From positions 1,440,001-1,504,000 of the forward strand of contig CBDCGL010000011.1 in NCBI GenBank assembly GCA_965216755.1: a DNA stretch of 64,000 nt, in the 5' to 3' direction. The notes beneath the pieces are model-generated. The model was not told the origin of the DNA and ran no database searches. It saw nothing but the letters and a program-made list of their open reading frames with translations. Source of the stretch: Alphaproteobacteria bacterium (lineage in GTDB: Bacteria; Pseudomonadota; Alphaproteobacteria; UBA7887). The number at the start of each line of letters is the position of its first letter. Within the stretch, counting starts at the first letter, position 1. Below, piece by piece: positions 44,535 through 54,998 of the stretch. Position numbers and translations under genes: made by a program.

Positions 44535-46535
44535 TCAAGCCTGTGGCAAGAAGTCGATGAGTGTCGCGCCCTCATCGACCCAGTCGCCGGCATTAAAGCA
44601 CACCTTTTCGACACTGCCATCGGCCGGCGCCGCAATTGTGTGCTCCATCTTCATGGCCTCCAAAACCAAGAGTGGGGCACCCATCGCAACTTCAGCGCCG
44701 TCCTCGATGAAAACTTGGCTTATCCGACCAGGCATTGGTGCCGTCAAATGGCCCCCTTGCTCGTCATCAATAGTGGCGCCATCCAGAGGATCAACCATCT
44801 GAAAAGCCTGGCTCTGGCCATGTTCGATTACAGTGACCAAATTGTCGTGCTGGGTGACTGTCGCCCGAAACCTGACACCGCCAAGATCCGCACGTAAATC
44901 ACCGCCCTCGATCAATTCGCCGGACGCAGGCACATTGCCGTCGCCAATCGTGAAGATGAAGCCCGCGCCGCAGGCGCGGTAGCCAATGGCGCGCGTCTCG
45001 CCGTCAGCGACCAACTTGATCTCGTCGCCGCCCGTTTGGTTTAGCCGCCAACCATCAGCCTGCCCCCACGGCGATGTCGGATCGCCGGATTGCGCGGCCG
45101 CCTGGGTCGCGGCGCGCTGGCGTTCAAGCAGGATGAACAGCGCCGCCAGCGCAACGCTTTCCGGCGGTGCCGATCTTTGTGGCGGGACCAGCGTTTCGCG
45201 GTTCGCGGCAACAAAATCGGTCGCCAAATCGCCCGTGACGAATGCGCTGTGATCGGCGATCGCAGCCAACAGATCACGATTGGTCGCAACGCCGACAACT
45301 TGGCAGGCGTCAAGCGCCCTTTGCATGCCTGATAATGCCCCCGCACGATTTTCTGCAAACGCAATGATTTTGGCCAACATCGGGTCGTAGTAGGGCGAAA
45401 CCGTGTCGCCTATTTCAAAACCGGTGTCGACACGGACGCCATCCTCGTCCTGCGGCAGTCGGAAATGGACGAGTGTGCCGGTCGACGGCAGATCATCGCG
45501 GCGCGGGTCTTCCGCATACAGGCGCGCCTCGATAGCATGCCCGCGCACGACGATTTGATCTTGTGTCAGGGGCAGGGTTTCGCCGTTGGCAACCCGAAAT
45601 TGCCATTCAACGAGATCAAGACTTGTAATGAGTTCTGTGACCGGATGTTCAACTTGAAGCCTTGTGTTCATCTCCAAGAAGTAAAAATTGCTTTCTTGGT
45701 CGACCAAGAATTCGACAGTTCCGGCCCCGATATAGTTGCTCGCGCGCGCGATCGAAATCGCGGCCTCGCCCAATTGCGCGCGCAGCTCCGCCGACACTGA
45801 TGGACCGGGTGCCTCCTCAAATATCTTCTGATGGCGCCGCTGTATGGAGCAATCGCGTTCCCACAAATGCACGACATTGCCATGGCAATCTCCGAACACC
45901 TGAACCTCGATATGCCTTGGCCGAACAACGTATTTTTCCAACAACACATGATCGTCGCCGAAAGACGCCTGTGCTTCACGTCGCGCCGCCTTCACCGATT
46001 CCGCCAAATCCAACTCGCGTGTGACAACCCGCATGCCCCGACCGCCACCACCGGCGGACGCTTTGACCAAGACCGGATATCCGATTTTCCGTGCCGCCGT
46101 CGCAAACACCTTTAGGTCCATGTTGGCGTCGTGGTAGCCCGGTACGACCGGTATCTCGGCTTCCTGAGCCAAGTGCCGGGCCTCAGCCTTTCGCCCCATC
46201 TGACGCATCGACTGCGCCGTCGGCCCGACAAACACCAGCCCGGCTTGGGTCACCGCTTCCGCGAACGCCGCGTTCTCGGACAAAAAACCGTAGCCCGGAT
46301 GTATGGCTTGAGCGCCGGCATGATGGGCCACCTCGAGAATCATGTCCGACCGCAAATAGCTTTCCGCCGCCGGCGAAAGGCCGATTGGGTAGGCTTCGTC
46401 CGCCTCGCGCACATGCAGCGCGGTGGCGTCGGCCGGTGAATAGACCGCGACCGTCCGAATTCCCATGCGCCGCGCTGTCCGCATGATACGGCAGGCGATC
46501 TCACCACGATTTGCTATCAATACTTTGTCGAACAT
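44535..46535 (-). CDS. liuD: 3-methylcrotonyl-CoA carboxylase alpha (biotin) subunit
   Basis: ANRGEIA; HPGYGFLSEN; GGGGRGMR; ERDCSIQRRHQK; EMNTRLQVEHP; biotin site EAMKM; operon with liuB and liuC. Confidence 0.9.
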   Translation of the reverse strand: MFDKVLIANRGEIACRIMRTARRMGIRTVAVYSPADATALHVREADEAYPIGLSPAAESYLRSDMILEVAHHAGAQAIHPGYGFLSENAAFAEAVTQAGLVFVGPTAQSMRQMGRKAEARHLAQEAEIPVVPGYHDANMDLKVFATAARKIGYPVLVKASAGGGGRGMRVVTRELDLAESVKAARREAQASFGDDHVLLEKYVVRPRHIEVQVFGDCHGNVVHLWERDCSIQRRHQKIFEEAPGPSVSAELRAQLGEAAISIARASNYIGAGTVEFLVDQESNFYFLEMNTRLQVEHPVTELITSLDLVEWQFRVANGETLPLTQDQIVVRGHAIEARLYAEDPRRDDLPSTGTLVHFRLPQDEDGVRVDTGFEIGDTVSPYYDPMLAKIIAFAENRAGALSGMQRALDACQVVGVATNRDLLAAIADHSAFVTGDLATDFVAANRETLVPPQRSAPPESVALAALFILLERQRAATQAAAQSGDPTSPWGQADGWRLNQTGGDEIKLVADGETRAIGYRACGAGFIFTIGDGNVPASGELIEGGDLRADLGGVRFRATVTQHDNLVTVIEHGQSQAFQMVDPLDGATIDDEQGGHLTAPMPGRISQVFIEDGAEVAMGAPLLVLEAMKMEHTIAAPADGSVEKVCFNAGDWVDEGATLIDFLPQA

Positions 46536-46552
46536 CAGTTGGGTCAGCCTGT

Positions 46553-47470
46553 CTAATCGCCGGGATGTCGGCGCTGCTCGCGCGCATAGGTCATGATCTC
46601 ATAGAAACCAAACAACATGAGCATGACACCGAGTACGATTTCGATCGCAATAATCACGCGAATGACATCGCTTTGTGGTGTGATATCGCCATAACCGACT
46701 GTACTCAGCGTCACGATGGAAAAATAGAGACTCTCCGGAAACCCGAGCGACTTTGGTTCGCCATTTACAAAAAAATGATGCGCTGACGAATAGCGGTCAA
46801 TAATCCGATAGATCGCGGCGAACACGATCACGGTCAGCGAGTAAAACGTGAAAAAAGCGAAAGCCGGCATAGCCATTTCCGCGATCCGCGAAAAAAACGC
46901 GTCGAAGAGAAGACCGGCGTCGATCAAAAATAGGCTAATACCGCGCGCGACAAAAACGACGACCAGACCGATCCCGGCCATCGCTGCTAGAAACACCAAG
47001 TCCTTGGTCAGTTGATCTAGCTGCAACGCGGGGACAAAAAACGTCGCCACACCGATCGCAAAGATTGGCACCAACCAACGAAGTGCTTGCACGAAACTCC
47101 GCTTGACGGTGTACGGCGTCGCCAAGAGGACGGCGCGTATCTGGTCGCGATGCCAGAACACCCCAACCAGGAAACACACAATCGGTAGCAAAAAACCAAA
47201 ATAAATGGCCCACAGGGACAATGGCCAAAAATTCGCTTCGACAAAAAAGATGAACAGACAAATATAGACGCTCAAAAAGTCGGTCAGAGCCAAAGAAAAG
47301 AACCGGCTGTCCGGAAACAATCTATAGATGATCGCGACACACGCTGCGATGCCAGCGAGCATTATGAAGACGAAATAACCCGCCACGCCCGACAACGCCA
47401 ACGCGACCAAAGCCAATAGGCTGACACTGAAGGCAACGCTGAGCAGCCAATGTCGGCGGGGTCGATCCAT
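46553..47470 (-). CDS. Potassium channel family protein (multi-TM N-terminus plus pore domain)
   Basis: Selectivity filter SLYFSIVTLSTVGYGDITP between two TM helices; about six further N-terminal TM helices; no cytoplasmic gating domain. Confidence 0.88.
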   Translation of the reverse strand: MDRPRRHWLLSVAFSVSLLALVALALSGVAGYFVFIMLAGIAACVAIIYRLFPDSRFFSLALTDFLSVYICLFIFFVEANFWPLSLWAIYFGFLLPIVCFLVGVFWHRDQIRAVLLATPYTVKRSFVQALRWLVPIFAIGVATFFVPALQLDQLTKDLVFLAAMAGIGLVVVFVARGISLFLIDAGLLFDAFFSRIAEMAMPAFAFFTFYSLTVIVFAAIYRIIDRYSSAHHFFVNGEPKSLGFPESLYFSIVTLSTVGYGDITPQSDVIRVIIAIEIVLGVMLMLFGFYEIMTYAREQRRHPGD

Positions 47471-47489
47471 GTTGCGTGAGCGTTCGAGC

Positions 47490-48281
47490 CTATTCTGAGC
47501 GCCAAGCCGGCGCACGTTTGTCTAGGAATGCACTAACCCCTTCGCGACCTTCGTCGCCCGCGCGGCTTTCCGCGATTCGCCGCGCCGTGTCGTCTATGAC
47601 GTCATCATCGATCAAGCGGGTCGCAACCGCGTAAATCAGGTCTTTCGCCGCAGCCAATGCGTGCGGCCCCGCGTTCAGGATGTGACCCACAAGGGCCACG
47701 ACCGTGTCGTCGAGTTTCTCTTCGGCTACGACTTCGTGTACCAGCCCCAGCCGCTTGGCTTCGTCGGCACCGATCTGTTCTCCGGTCAAGAAATACCGAC
47801 GGGCCGCGCTCTCACCGATCTTGGCGATCACATATGGGCTGATCACAGCCGGAATCAGGCCAAGACGCACTTCTGAAAACATGAACCGGGCGCGGTTCGT
47901 GGCAACAACAATGTCACACGCCGCAACCAGGCCGACCCCACCGCCGTAAGCCGGCCCTTGGACGCGGCCGATCACCGGCTTGTTCAAGCGGCTGATCAGC
48001 CGCAGCAAGCGTCCCAGTTCACGAGCGTCGGCAAGGTTCTCCGCATCCTCGAAAGTGGCCGTGCGCTTCATCCAATTGAGGTCCGCGCCGGCCGAAAAAC
48101 TGCGCCCCAACGCCTCTAGAATCACCACGCGCACGTCGCGCCCCTCAGACAGCTGGGCGAACGTTTCATTCAACCGGCGAATAAGCGCATCGTCGAACGC
48201 GTTGTGCACATCGGCTCTATTGAGCGTTACGCGAACGATACCACTACCATCGTCCGTCACGAGAAGAGGATCATCTGCCAT
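47490..48281 (-). CDS. liuC: Methylglutaconyl-CoA hydratase (crotonase family)
   Basis: HNAFD; FSAGADLNWM; YGGGVGL; SEVRLGLIPA.ISPYV; EGREG..AFL.KR. Confidence 0.88.
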   Translation of the reverse strand: MADDPLLVTDDGSGIVRVTLNRADVHNAFDDALIRRLNETFAQLSEGRDVRVVILEALGRSFSAGADLNWMKRTATFEDAENLADARELGRLLRLISRLNKPVIGRVQGPAYGGGVGLVAACDIVVATNRARFMFSEVRLGLIPAVISPYVIAKIGESAARRYFLTGEQIGADEAKRLGLVHEVVAEEKLDDTVVALVGHILNAGPHALAAAKDLIYAVATRLIDDDVIDDTARRIAESRAGDEGREGVSAFLDKRAPAWRSE

Positions 48282-48284
48282 TGA

Positions 48285-49892
48285 TCACATCCGAAACACA
48301 CCAAACCGCGTTTGCGGGATCGGCGCATTCAGCGCCGCGGAAATGCCAAGGCCCAGGACCCGCCGCGTGTCGGCCGGGTCGATGACACCATCATCCCACA
48401 AACGCGCGCTGGCGTAGAATGGATGGCCCTGGCTCTCATACTGCTCAAGGATCGGCCCCTTGAAACTCTCTTCCTCGTCGGACGACCAAGTTTCACCACG
48501 TGCCTCGATTGAGTCGCGGCGGACCGTGGCCAAAACGCTCGCCGCTTGCGCGCCACCCATGACGGAAATGCGCGCGTTCGGCCACATCCAAAGAAAACGT
48601 GGGCCATATGCGCGCCCGCACATCGCGTAGTTGCCGGCGCCGAAACTGCCGCCTGTGATCACGGTAAATTTCGGCACTTGGGCACAAGCAACCGCGGTGA
48701 CCATTTTGGCACCGTCCTTGGCAATGCCCCCCGCCTCGTACTTCCGGCCAACCATAAATCCTGTGATGTTCTGAAGGAACACCAGAGGTATCCGGCGCTG
48801 ACAACAGAGTTCAATGAAATGAACGCCCTTCAGCGCCGACTCCGAAAAGAGAATACCATTGTTGGCAACGATGCCGACGGGGTAGCCGAATATCCGCGCA
48901 AATCCCGTCACCAAAGTCTGCCCGTACAGGTGCTTGAATTCATCGAGTGCGCTATCGTCGACGATGCGCGCGATCACTTCACGCACGTCATAGGGTTGGC
49001 GAATATCGTGTGGCACGACACCATAAATCTCTTCGGCCGCATAACGCGGCGGCCGTGGCGACGCAATATCCATGTCGACGCTTTTCGTGCCGTGTAGATG
49101 ACTAACGATCCGCCGTGCAAGTGCCAATGCGTGGGCATCATTCGATGCGAAATAGTCGGTCACGCCAGATGTCCGCGAATGCACGTCGGCACCGCCGAGT
49201 TCTTCTGCACTCACTATTTCGCCCGTTGCCGCTTTGACCAGCGGCGGTCCCCCGAGAAAAATCGTCCCTTGCTCCCGAACAATCACGCTTTCATCTGACA
49301 TCGCGGGGACATAGGCACCACCGGCCGTGCAACTCCCCATGACCAAAGCGATTTGCGGGATACCCATGGCCGACATGGTCGCCTGGTTATAGAAAATGCG
49401 GCCAAAGTGCTCGCGGTCCGGGAAAACATCATCTTGGTTCGGCAAGTTGGCCCCGCCTGAGTCGACCAAATATAGGCACGGCAGCCGATTCGCCATCGCG
49501 ACCTCTTGGGCGCGCAGATGCTTTTTGACGGTCATCGGGAAGTAAGTGCCACCTTTAACCGTCGCGTCGTTGACAACTATGACGCATTCGCGACCCGCCA
49601 CGCGCCCGATCGCCGTAACAATACCCGCGGACGGCGCTTGATCTTCATACATGCCGTGCGCCGCCAACTGGCCCAGCTCGAGCACCGGCGCATCGACATC
49701 CACGAGCCGTTTGAGGCGCTCGCGCGGCAACATTTTACCGCGAGATATGTGGCGATCGCGCGCACGATCGCCGCCGCCAGCGGTGGCGATCGCCACCGCG
49801 GCGCGGAGATCTTCTACGTGAGAGCGCATTTGCGCGGCGTTGGCATGAAACGCATCGCTGCCCGTATCGATTTTGGAGTGGATGACCGACAT
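48285..49892 (-). CDS. liuB: 3-methylcrotonyl-CoA carboxylase beta subunit
   Basis: [23 protein letters not shown]; DSGGANLP; GSCTAGGAY; [14 protein letters not shown]; C-terminal FGVFRM. Confidence 0.93.
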   Translation of the reverse strand: MSVIHSKIDTGSDAFHANAAQMRSHVEDLRAAVAIATAGGGDRARDRHISRGKMLPRERLKRLVDVDAPVLELGQLAAHGMYEDQAPSAGIVTAIGRVAGRECVIVVNDATVKGGTYFPMTVKKHLRAQEVAMANRLPCLYLVDSGGANLPNQDDVFPDREHFGRIFYNQATMSAMGIPQIALVMGSCTAGGAYVPAMSDESVIVREQGTIFLGGPPLVKAATGEIVSAEELGGADVHSRTSGVTDYFASNDAHALALARRIVSHLHGTKSVDMDIASPRPPRYAAEEIYGVVPHDIRQPYDVREVIARIVDDSALDEFKHLYGQTLVTGFARIFGYPVGIVANNGILFSESALKGVHFIELCCQRRIPLVFLQNITGFMVGRKYEAGGIAKDGAKMVTAVACAQVPKFTVITGGSFGAGNYAMCGRAYGPRFLWMWPNARISVMGGAQAASVLATVRRDSIEARGETWSSDEEESFKGPILEQYESQGHPFYASARLWDDGVIDPADTRRVLGLGISAALNAPIPQTRFGVFRM

Positions 49893-50047
49893 GAATTGAC
49901 TGCTGGTTAGTCTCAACTCGTCACGTGGTTCAAACATGGCCGCACGGCCACCTGTACGCAAGTCTCAAAACAACAAACAACGGATGCTGCCAATATCATT
50001 GGATATTCCACCAATTATTCGTTGACCACTTTTGTGAAGCACGCCGC

Positions 50048-50944
50048 CTACGACACGGCATCGCCAATCCGGTAAATCCGCGCCGCATTCGACGCAAAAA
50101 TCTTTGTCCGATCCTCTGCTCGCAGCGTCGCTGTCAATGCCAAGGCGTCTCGATACCACACATCGTAGGCTGTCACCGCCGTCATCACCGGCCAGTTGCT
50201 AGCAAAAATCAGACGGTCGGGACCAAATTCCTGAAGCAGATGTGTTGCAAATGGCGCGACCAACTCCTGAGTCCAGCGATCGTCTTCACGCCCCTGAACG
50301 ACCACCGAGAACTTGCAATACACGTTTGGAAATTCCGCAAGGGTTGCCATGTGTGCGCGCCACGGGTCCAATGTCTGGCCCGCGATATCCGGCTTGCCCA
50401 AATGATCGACGACGATGACCGCCTCGGGACAAGCGCCAGCAAGTGCAATCACGCCTTCAAGCTGCGTGTGGCGGACGCACACGTCACAGACATAGCCAGC
50501 CGCCGCAACGGCTTGGACGCCGGCAACAAAAGACGGGCGCGCGCAGAACATCGGATCGGCCTCGTTTTGCGTCACCCGCCGCACCCCATGCACGATGTCG
50601 TGGCGCTTGAGGCGGTTAAGCTGCTGCGGCAAATCCGGGCGTTCGATCGGCGCCCACGCAACGAATGCCCGCAATTGTGGATTGGCCGCAGCGATGCCCT
50701 CAATGAAAGCAACCTCAGAGTCCGCCGCACCCGGGCCGAGATCGACTTCAACCGCGATCGCCGCCCGCAATGGCTGCGCTCTCACAGCGGCCGCATAATC
50801 AGCCCATAAGACATCGTGACCGTCGGCAATATTGGTCGCCAGTCCCTGAGAAGGCAGATCAGCAATGCGGAACAAATGAAAATGCGCATCGACAAACGGC
50901 AGAGGGCACGTGGCACCATTGTCTGTATGCGCGACCGCGGCCAT
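50048..50944 (-). CDS. Amidohydrolase_2-family lactonase (L-fuconolactonase-like)
   Basis: DAHFH; GVRR; DHLGKP; PNV.CK.S; FG.DRL.F.SNWPV; NA.RIY. Confidence 0.85.
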   Translation of the reverse strand: MAAVAHTDNGATCPLPFVDAHFHLFRIADLPSQGLATNIADGHDVLWADYAAAVRAQPLRAAIAVEVDLGPGAADSEVAFIEGIAAANPQLRAFVAWAPIERPDLPQQLNRLKRHDIVHGVRRVTQNEADPMFCARPSFVAGVQAVAAAGYVCDVCVRHTQLEGVIALAGACPEAVIVVDHLGKPDIAGQTLDPWRAHMATLAEFPNVYCKFSVVVQGREDDRWTQELVAPFATHLLQEFGPDRLIFASNWPVMTAVTAYDVWYRDALALTATLRAEDRTKIFASNAARIYRIGDAVS

Positions 50945-50948
50945 GCTC

Positions 50949-51551
50949 TCACCAACCACCGGTGTCGATCCAACGGGCCACATCGTCAAGTCGGTCTTGA
51001 CCAAAAAACGGCTCGCCATCGACCATAAAGAACGGCGACCCGAAAACGCCACGCTCTTCGGCCCGTTGGGTCGCGTCAATCAGCCGCCGTTTGATGTCGG
51101 GCCGCGCAATTGCAGCCGTCAGGTCTAGAGCCGCGACGCCCAATTCGGCCGCCACATCCGCGACCGCGTCGGGCGTGCCAACATCGCGGCCCTCACAAAA
51201 ATGCGCATGGTAGACGGCCAGGGCGAACCGCTTCGCCAGCGCGTCGTCGTTATCCGCCAACCAATAGAAAGCGCGCGCCGCGGCCAGGCCGTTCAGCGGC
51301 AGGTCTTCCGCAAACTTTATCTCGATACCGTACGCGCGCCCGATTCGCCGCACATCGTGAAAAAAATAGCGATCACGCAGCGGCGTCAACGGCAGTGGAC
51401 GCGCGCCAGTGGTTTTCATGATCGCACCCAGCATGAACGGTCGCCATGTCACGCTGCGCCCGTGACGGGCGGCGATCGCATCAATTCTCAGGGCCGCGAA
51501 ATAGCCATACGGCGACGCGAACTCAAAATAGAAATCGATGGGCGCCGTCAT
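50949..51551 (-). CDS. 2-hydroxychromene-2-carboxylate isomerase / GST-kappa (DsbA-like) protein
   Basis: IDFYFEFASPYGY; WRP; RGVFGSP; GEPFFGQDRL. Confidence 0.88.
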   Translation of the reverse strand: MTAPIDFYFEFASPYGYFAALRIDAIAARHGRSVTWRPFMLGAIMKTTGARPLPLTPLRDRYFFHDVRRIGRAYGIEIKFAEDLPLNGLAAARAFYWLADNDDALAKRFALAVYHAHFCEGRDVGTPDAVADVAAELGVAALDLTAAIARPDIKRRLIDATQRAEERGVFGSPFFMVDGEPFFGQDRLDDVARWIDTGGW

Positions 51552-52771
51552 ATTTCGCCTATCTCCGCCTGCACGTCGCCCGTGCCACGATCCCATCCGG
51601 TCCGCACGCCGTACGTCAAGATCCCAATACCGACGACCGCCGCAATTGGCAAGGCGATCAGGTTCAGCCCGCCCCAGCCAAATTGATGCAAAAGCGCACC
51701 TGAGGATAATGCGGCAAGACCCGCCGCACCAAATACGAAAAACTCATTGATGCCCTGCGCCCGCGCGCGGTCGTGCCCACCAAATGATTGCGCCATCAGA
51801 TCCGTGGCACCGACGAACAGAAAGTTCCAGCCGATCCCCAAGAGCACCAAAGCGAGCCAAAAGTTCGTCATGGCGATACCGCTACTGGCAACGCCGATAC
51901 ACATGAATTCCAGGATGACACCCGTCATCATGATGCGCAAAGTTCCGAAGCGGCGGATCAAATAACCCGTTACGAATGACGGTGCGAACATACTCAAGAC
52001 ATGCCATTGGATGACAAATGCCGCGTCGCCGAAATCGTGGCCGCATTGGCTCATCGCCAGCGGCGTCACCGACATGATCAAGATCATTACGGCGTATGCG
52101 CCAACACCGCCGCCGACCGCGACCATGAATTGTGGCTGCCGCAGAATAGCAAAGGTTGGTCGCGCCACGCCAAATGACCGCTGATGGATCATGCGCGGCA
52201 AGCGCATGGTCGTGAGGACCGCGATGGTGACCGCCGCCAGTATGGCGATCGCCCCATACGCGCCGGCAAATGGAATAACAGGCAGCGCATCGATACCGTA
52301 TTTCGCCACCGTCGGTGCAAGCAGCGCCGCGATGACCCCACCGCCCAGCACCAAGCCAATCGCTGTACTGCGCAGGGTTATGGGCGCTACTTCCGCAGCG
52401 GCATATCGATAGTAATTGCCAAAGCCGATATGCGCACCCAACAGGCACATGCCCACGGCGAACAGCGCAAAGGCGCCCGACCATAGCGCGTAAGCTGAGA
52501 TCGATGCGCCGACAATGCCGATCACAGCACCAACGGCGAAGCCCGCTCGTCGGCCCCATCTGGCCATCAGCAACGAGGCTGGAAGGGTTGCCATCGCGGT
52601 ACCGGCCCATTGCAGCGCAATTGGCAATGTCGCGAGAGATTTGTCTACCGCCAGGACACTGCCGGCCAAGGCGGACACGCTGACGAGCACGGTTTGCCCC
52701 GTGCTGGTCAAAGCCCAACACAAGGCCAGCAATCCGACAGTACCGCCGAGCGCGCGTAGGGTGCGGATCAA
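51548..52771 (-). CDS. MFS transporter
   Basis: About 12 TM helices; GRR.GF; YRYAAAE; IQWHVL.MFAPSF.TG; GWNF.F; TTG start. Confidence 0.88.
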   Translation of the reverse strand: MIRTLRALGGTVGLLALCWALTSTGQTVLVSVSALAGSVLAVDKSLATLPIALQWAGTAMATLPASLLMARWGRRAGFAVGAVIGIVGASISAYALWSGAFALFAVGMCLLGAHIGFGNYYRYAAAEVAPITLRSTAIGLVLGGGVIAALLAPTVAKYGIDALPVIPFAGAYGAIAILAAVTIAVLTTMRLPRMIHQRSFGVARPTFAILRQPQFMVAVGGGVGAYAVMILIMSVTPLAMSQCGHDFGDAAFVIQWHVLSMFAPSFVTGYLIRRFGTLRIMMTGVILEFMCIGVASSGIAMTNFWLALVLLGIGWNFLFVGATDLMAQSFGGHDRARAQGINEFFVFGAAGLAALSSGALLHQFGWGGLNLIALPIAAVVGIGILTYGVRTGWDRGTGDVQAEIGEI

Positions 52772-52783
52772 GACGCGGGCAAT

Positions 52784-53920
52784 CTATTCCGCCGCGATGG
52801 CGCGACTGATGACCATCCGCTGCACGTCGCTGGTACCTTCATAGATCTGGCAAATGCGCACGTCACGATAAATGCGCTCTACCGGATGGTCCCGCAAATA
52901 GCCATAGCCACCGTGAATCTGTATCGCATCGGAACAGACTCGTTCAGCTGCCTCGGACGCGAACAGTTTCGCCATGGAGGCTTCTTTGAGGCACGGCTCG
53001 TCGGCATCTCTCAGTGTCGCGGCGTGCAAAACCATGTGGCGCGCCGCATCGACCTGGGTCGCCATATCGGCCAATCGAAACGCGACCGCTTGATGTTCGA
53101 TAATCGGCCGACCAAAGCTTTCGCGGTTCTTGGCGTATTCCAACGCCGCTTCATAGGCGGCGCGCGCCATACCGACCGCCTGCGCCGCGATGCCGATGCG
53201 CCCGCCTTCCAAATTGGCGAGCGCGATCCGGTAACCTTCGCCGGGCGCGCCCAAGACCAAATCCGGGGTCAGTTCCAGGTTGTCGAGCACGATCTGGCAT
53301 GTGTCAGATCCGCGCTGACCGAGCTTGTGTTCCTGGCGCGCGACCGTATATCCGGGCGTGTCGGTCGGAACGATAAATGCTGTAATGCCGCGCTTGCCCG
53401 CGTCCGGATCCGTCACCGCGAAAATCAAGGCAACGTCGGCCGACTGCCCCGATGTCACGAATTGCTTGGTGCCATTGAGCACGTAGTGGTTGCCAGTGAG
53501 TTCGGCACGGGTCTTGATTGCTGCCGCGTCGGAGCCCGCATCGGGTTCGGTCAGACAGAATGCGCCGAGCATGTCACCACGCGCCAGCGGCCGCAAAAAC
53601 CGCTCTTTCTGCCTGTCGCTGCCGTAGCGGTGAATGGGCACACACACAACCGAGTTCTGCACACTCATCACGGTGGAACAGGCGCCATCGCCGGCCGCGA
53701 CTTCCTCGATCGTCAGCGCGTAGGCGACATGGTCGGCACCGACCCCGCCCCAATCTTCGGGCACCAACATGCCCAGAAAGCCAAGCTCCGCCATGCGCCG
53801 CACCGCGTCGGCCGGAAATGTCTCGTTGCGGTCCCATTCCGGCGCGTATGGCGCAAGTTCGCTTTGCGCAAAGGCGCGCGCGGTTTCGCGCATCATCTTT
53901 TGTTCTTCAGTCAGTAGCAT
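52784..53920 (-). CDS. Acyl-CoA dehydrogenase (short/branched chain)
   Basis: FCLTEP.AGSDA; NGTKQFVT; [10 protein letters not shown]; QIHGGYGY; [11 protein letters not shown]. Confidence 0.92.
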   Translation of the reverse strand: MLLTEEQKMMRETARAFAQSELAPYAPEWDRNETFPADAVRRMAELGFLGMLVPEDWGGVGADHVAYALTIEEVAAGDGACSTVMSVQNSVVCVPIHRYGSDRQKERFLRPLARGDMLGAFCLTEPDAGSDAAAIKTRAELTGNHYVLNGTKQFVTSGQSADVALIFAVTDPDAGKRGITAFIVPTDTPGYTVARQEHKLGQRGSDTCQIVLDNLELTPDLVLGAPGEGYRIALANLEGGRIGIAAQAVGMARAAYEAALEYAKNRESFGRPIIEHQAVAFRLADMATQVDAARHMVLHAATLRDADEPCLKEASMAKLFASEAAERVCSDAIQIHGGYGYLRDHPVERIYRDVRICQIYEGTSDVQRMVISRAIAAE

Positions 53921-54086
53921 CGGGTCTCGCCCATTTTGTGTATCGCTCTCATCCGGCAACACGCCCGCGACGTCTTAAGCTACTGCAAACCTGGCCGGCG
54001 GGCGATGCAATCATCCACGCGCGCGGCCTTTGCTATGATCGGTCCTACCGCGCTCGGCTGGCGACGCGTGAAATAGGAGAGCGGCG

Positions 54087-54998
54087 ATGACAATTTACGT
54101 CCGCAAAATTCAAGACACCTTCTGCGCGGAAATTACCGGCGTAAGTTTATCGGTGCCGCTCGGTGACTCCGATTTCGAAATCATTCGCAATGCATTCCAT
54201 GCCAGCGCGGTGCTGGTATTCCCCAACCAACCGCTGAACGACTCACAGCAGGTTGCCTTCAGTCGGCGCTTCGGCCCGTTGGAGCGGAGTTTGAAAACCA
54301 GCTTCGGCGGTCCCCCGGAGATCTCCAACATCACCAATGCCGACGAAAACAACCGGCTCTACGGCGATGGCGACGCGCGCAATGTCTTCTCGCTAGGTAA
54401 CCAAATTTGGCACACAGACAGTTCTTTCAAAGTTGTGCCAGCCATGGCCTCCGCTTTGTCGGCACGCGTGGTGCCTCCGGCCGGCGGCGAAACCGAATTC
54501 GCGGACATGCGCGCCGCTTACAACGCTCTGACCGATTCCATGAAGGCGGGCATCGCCGATTTGGTCGCCGAACACAGCTTCGCCTACTCCCAAGGCCAGA
54601 TCAGCCTCGAGGCACTATCAGACGGTCAAATCGATGAATTGCCACCGGTCCAGCATCGGGTCGTACGCGTACATCCGGTCACCGGCCGCAAAGCTCTCTA
54701 CATCGGTCGTCATGCCTCGCACATTGTCGGCATGCCCCTCGAGGACGGCCGCAAGCTATTGGCAGATCTGCTCGAACATGCCACGCAGCCGCGGTTCGTC
54801 TACCGCCATAATTGGACCGTTGGCGATTTGGTGATGTGGGACAACCGCTGTGTCTTGCACCGTGGACGCCCGTATGACATGGCCAAACACCACCGCATCA
54901 TGCATCGCACGACTTTGGCTGGTGACACCGCCGACAATCCTTGGGCCTTAGATCGGGCTGCGGCCGGCGAACAAGATGCGCCGGCGTACCGGCTATAG
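54087..54998 (+). CDS. TauD/TfdA-family Fe(II)/2-oxoglutarate dioxygenase
   Basis: NQIWHTDSSF; GGETEFADMRAAY; HPVTGRKAL; WDNRCVLHRG; R.T. Confidence 0.92.
   Translation: MTIYVRKIQDTFCAEITGVSLSVPLGDSDFEIIRNAFHASAVLVFPNQPLNDSQQVAFSRRFGPLERSLKTSFGGPPEISNITNADENNRLYGDGDARNVFSLGNQIWHTDSSFKVVPAMASALSARVVPPAGGETEFADMRAAYNALTDSMKAGIADLVAEHSFAYSQGQISLEALSDGQIDELPPVQHRVVRVHPVTGRKALYIGRHASHIVGMPLEDGRKLLADLLEHATQPRFVYRHNWTVGDLVMWDNRCVLHRGRPYDMAKHHRIMHRTTLAGDTADNPWALDRAAAGEQDAPAYRL

Noticed and set aside
44535-49892. Carboxylase as geranyl-CoA carboxylase (atu terpene pathway)
   Set aside because: The beta-subunit motif [17 protein letters not shown], the liuC-type hydratase and nearby liuA fit methylcrotonyl-CoA carboxylase.
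52886-53917. 343-aa plus-strand ORF opposite the acyl-CoA dehydrogenase
   Set aside because: Antisense mirror frame of a conserved gene, with no RBS or motifs.
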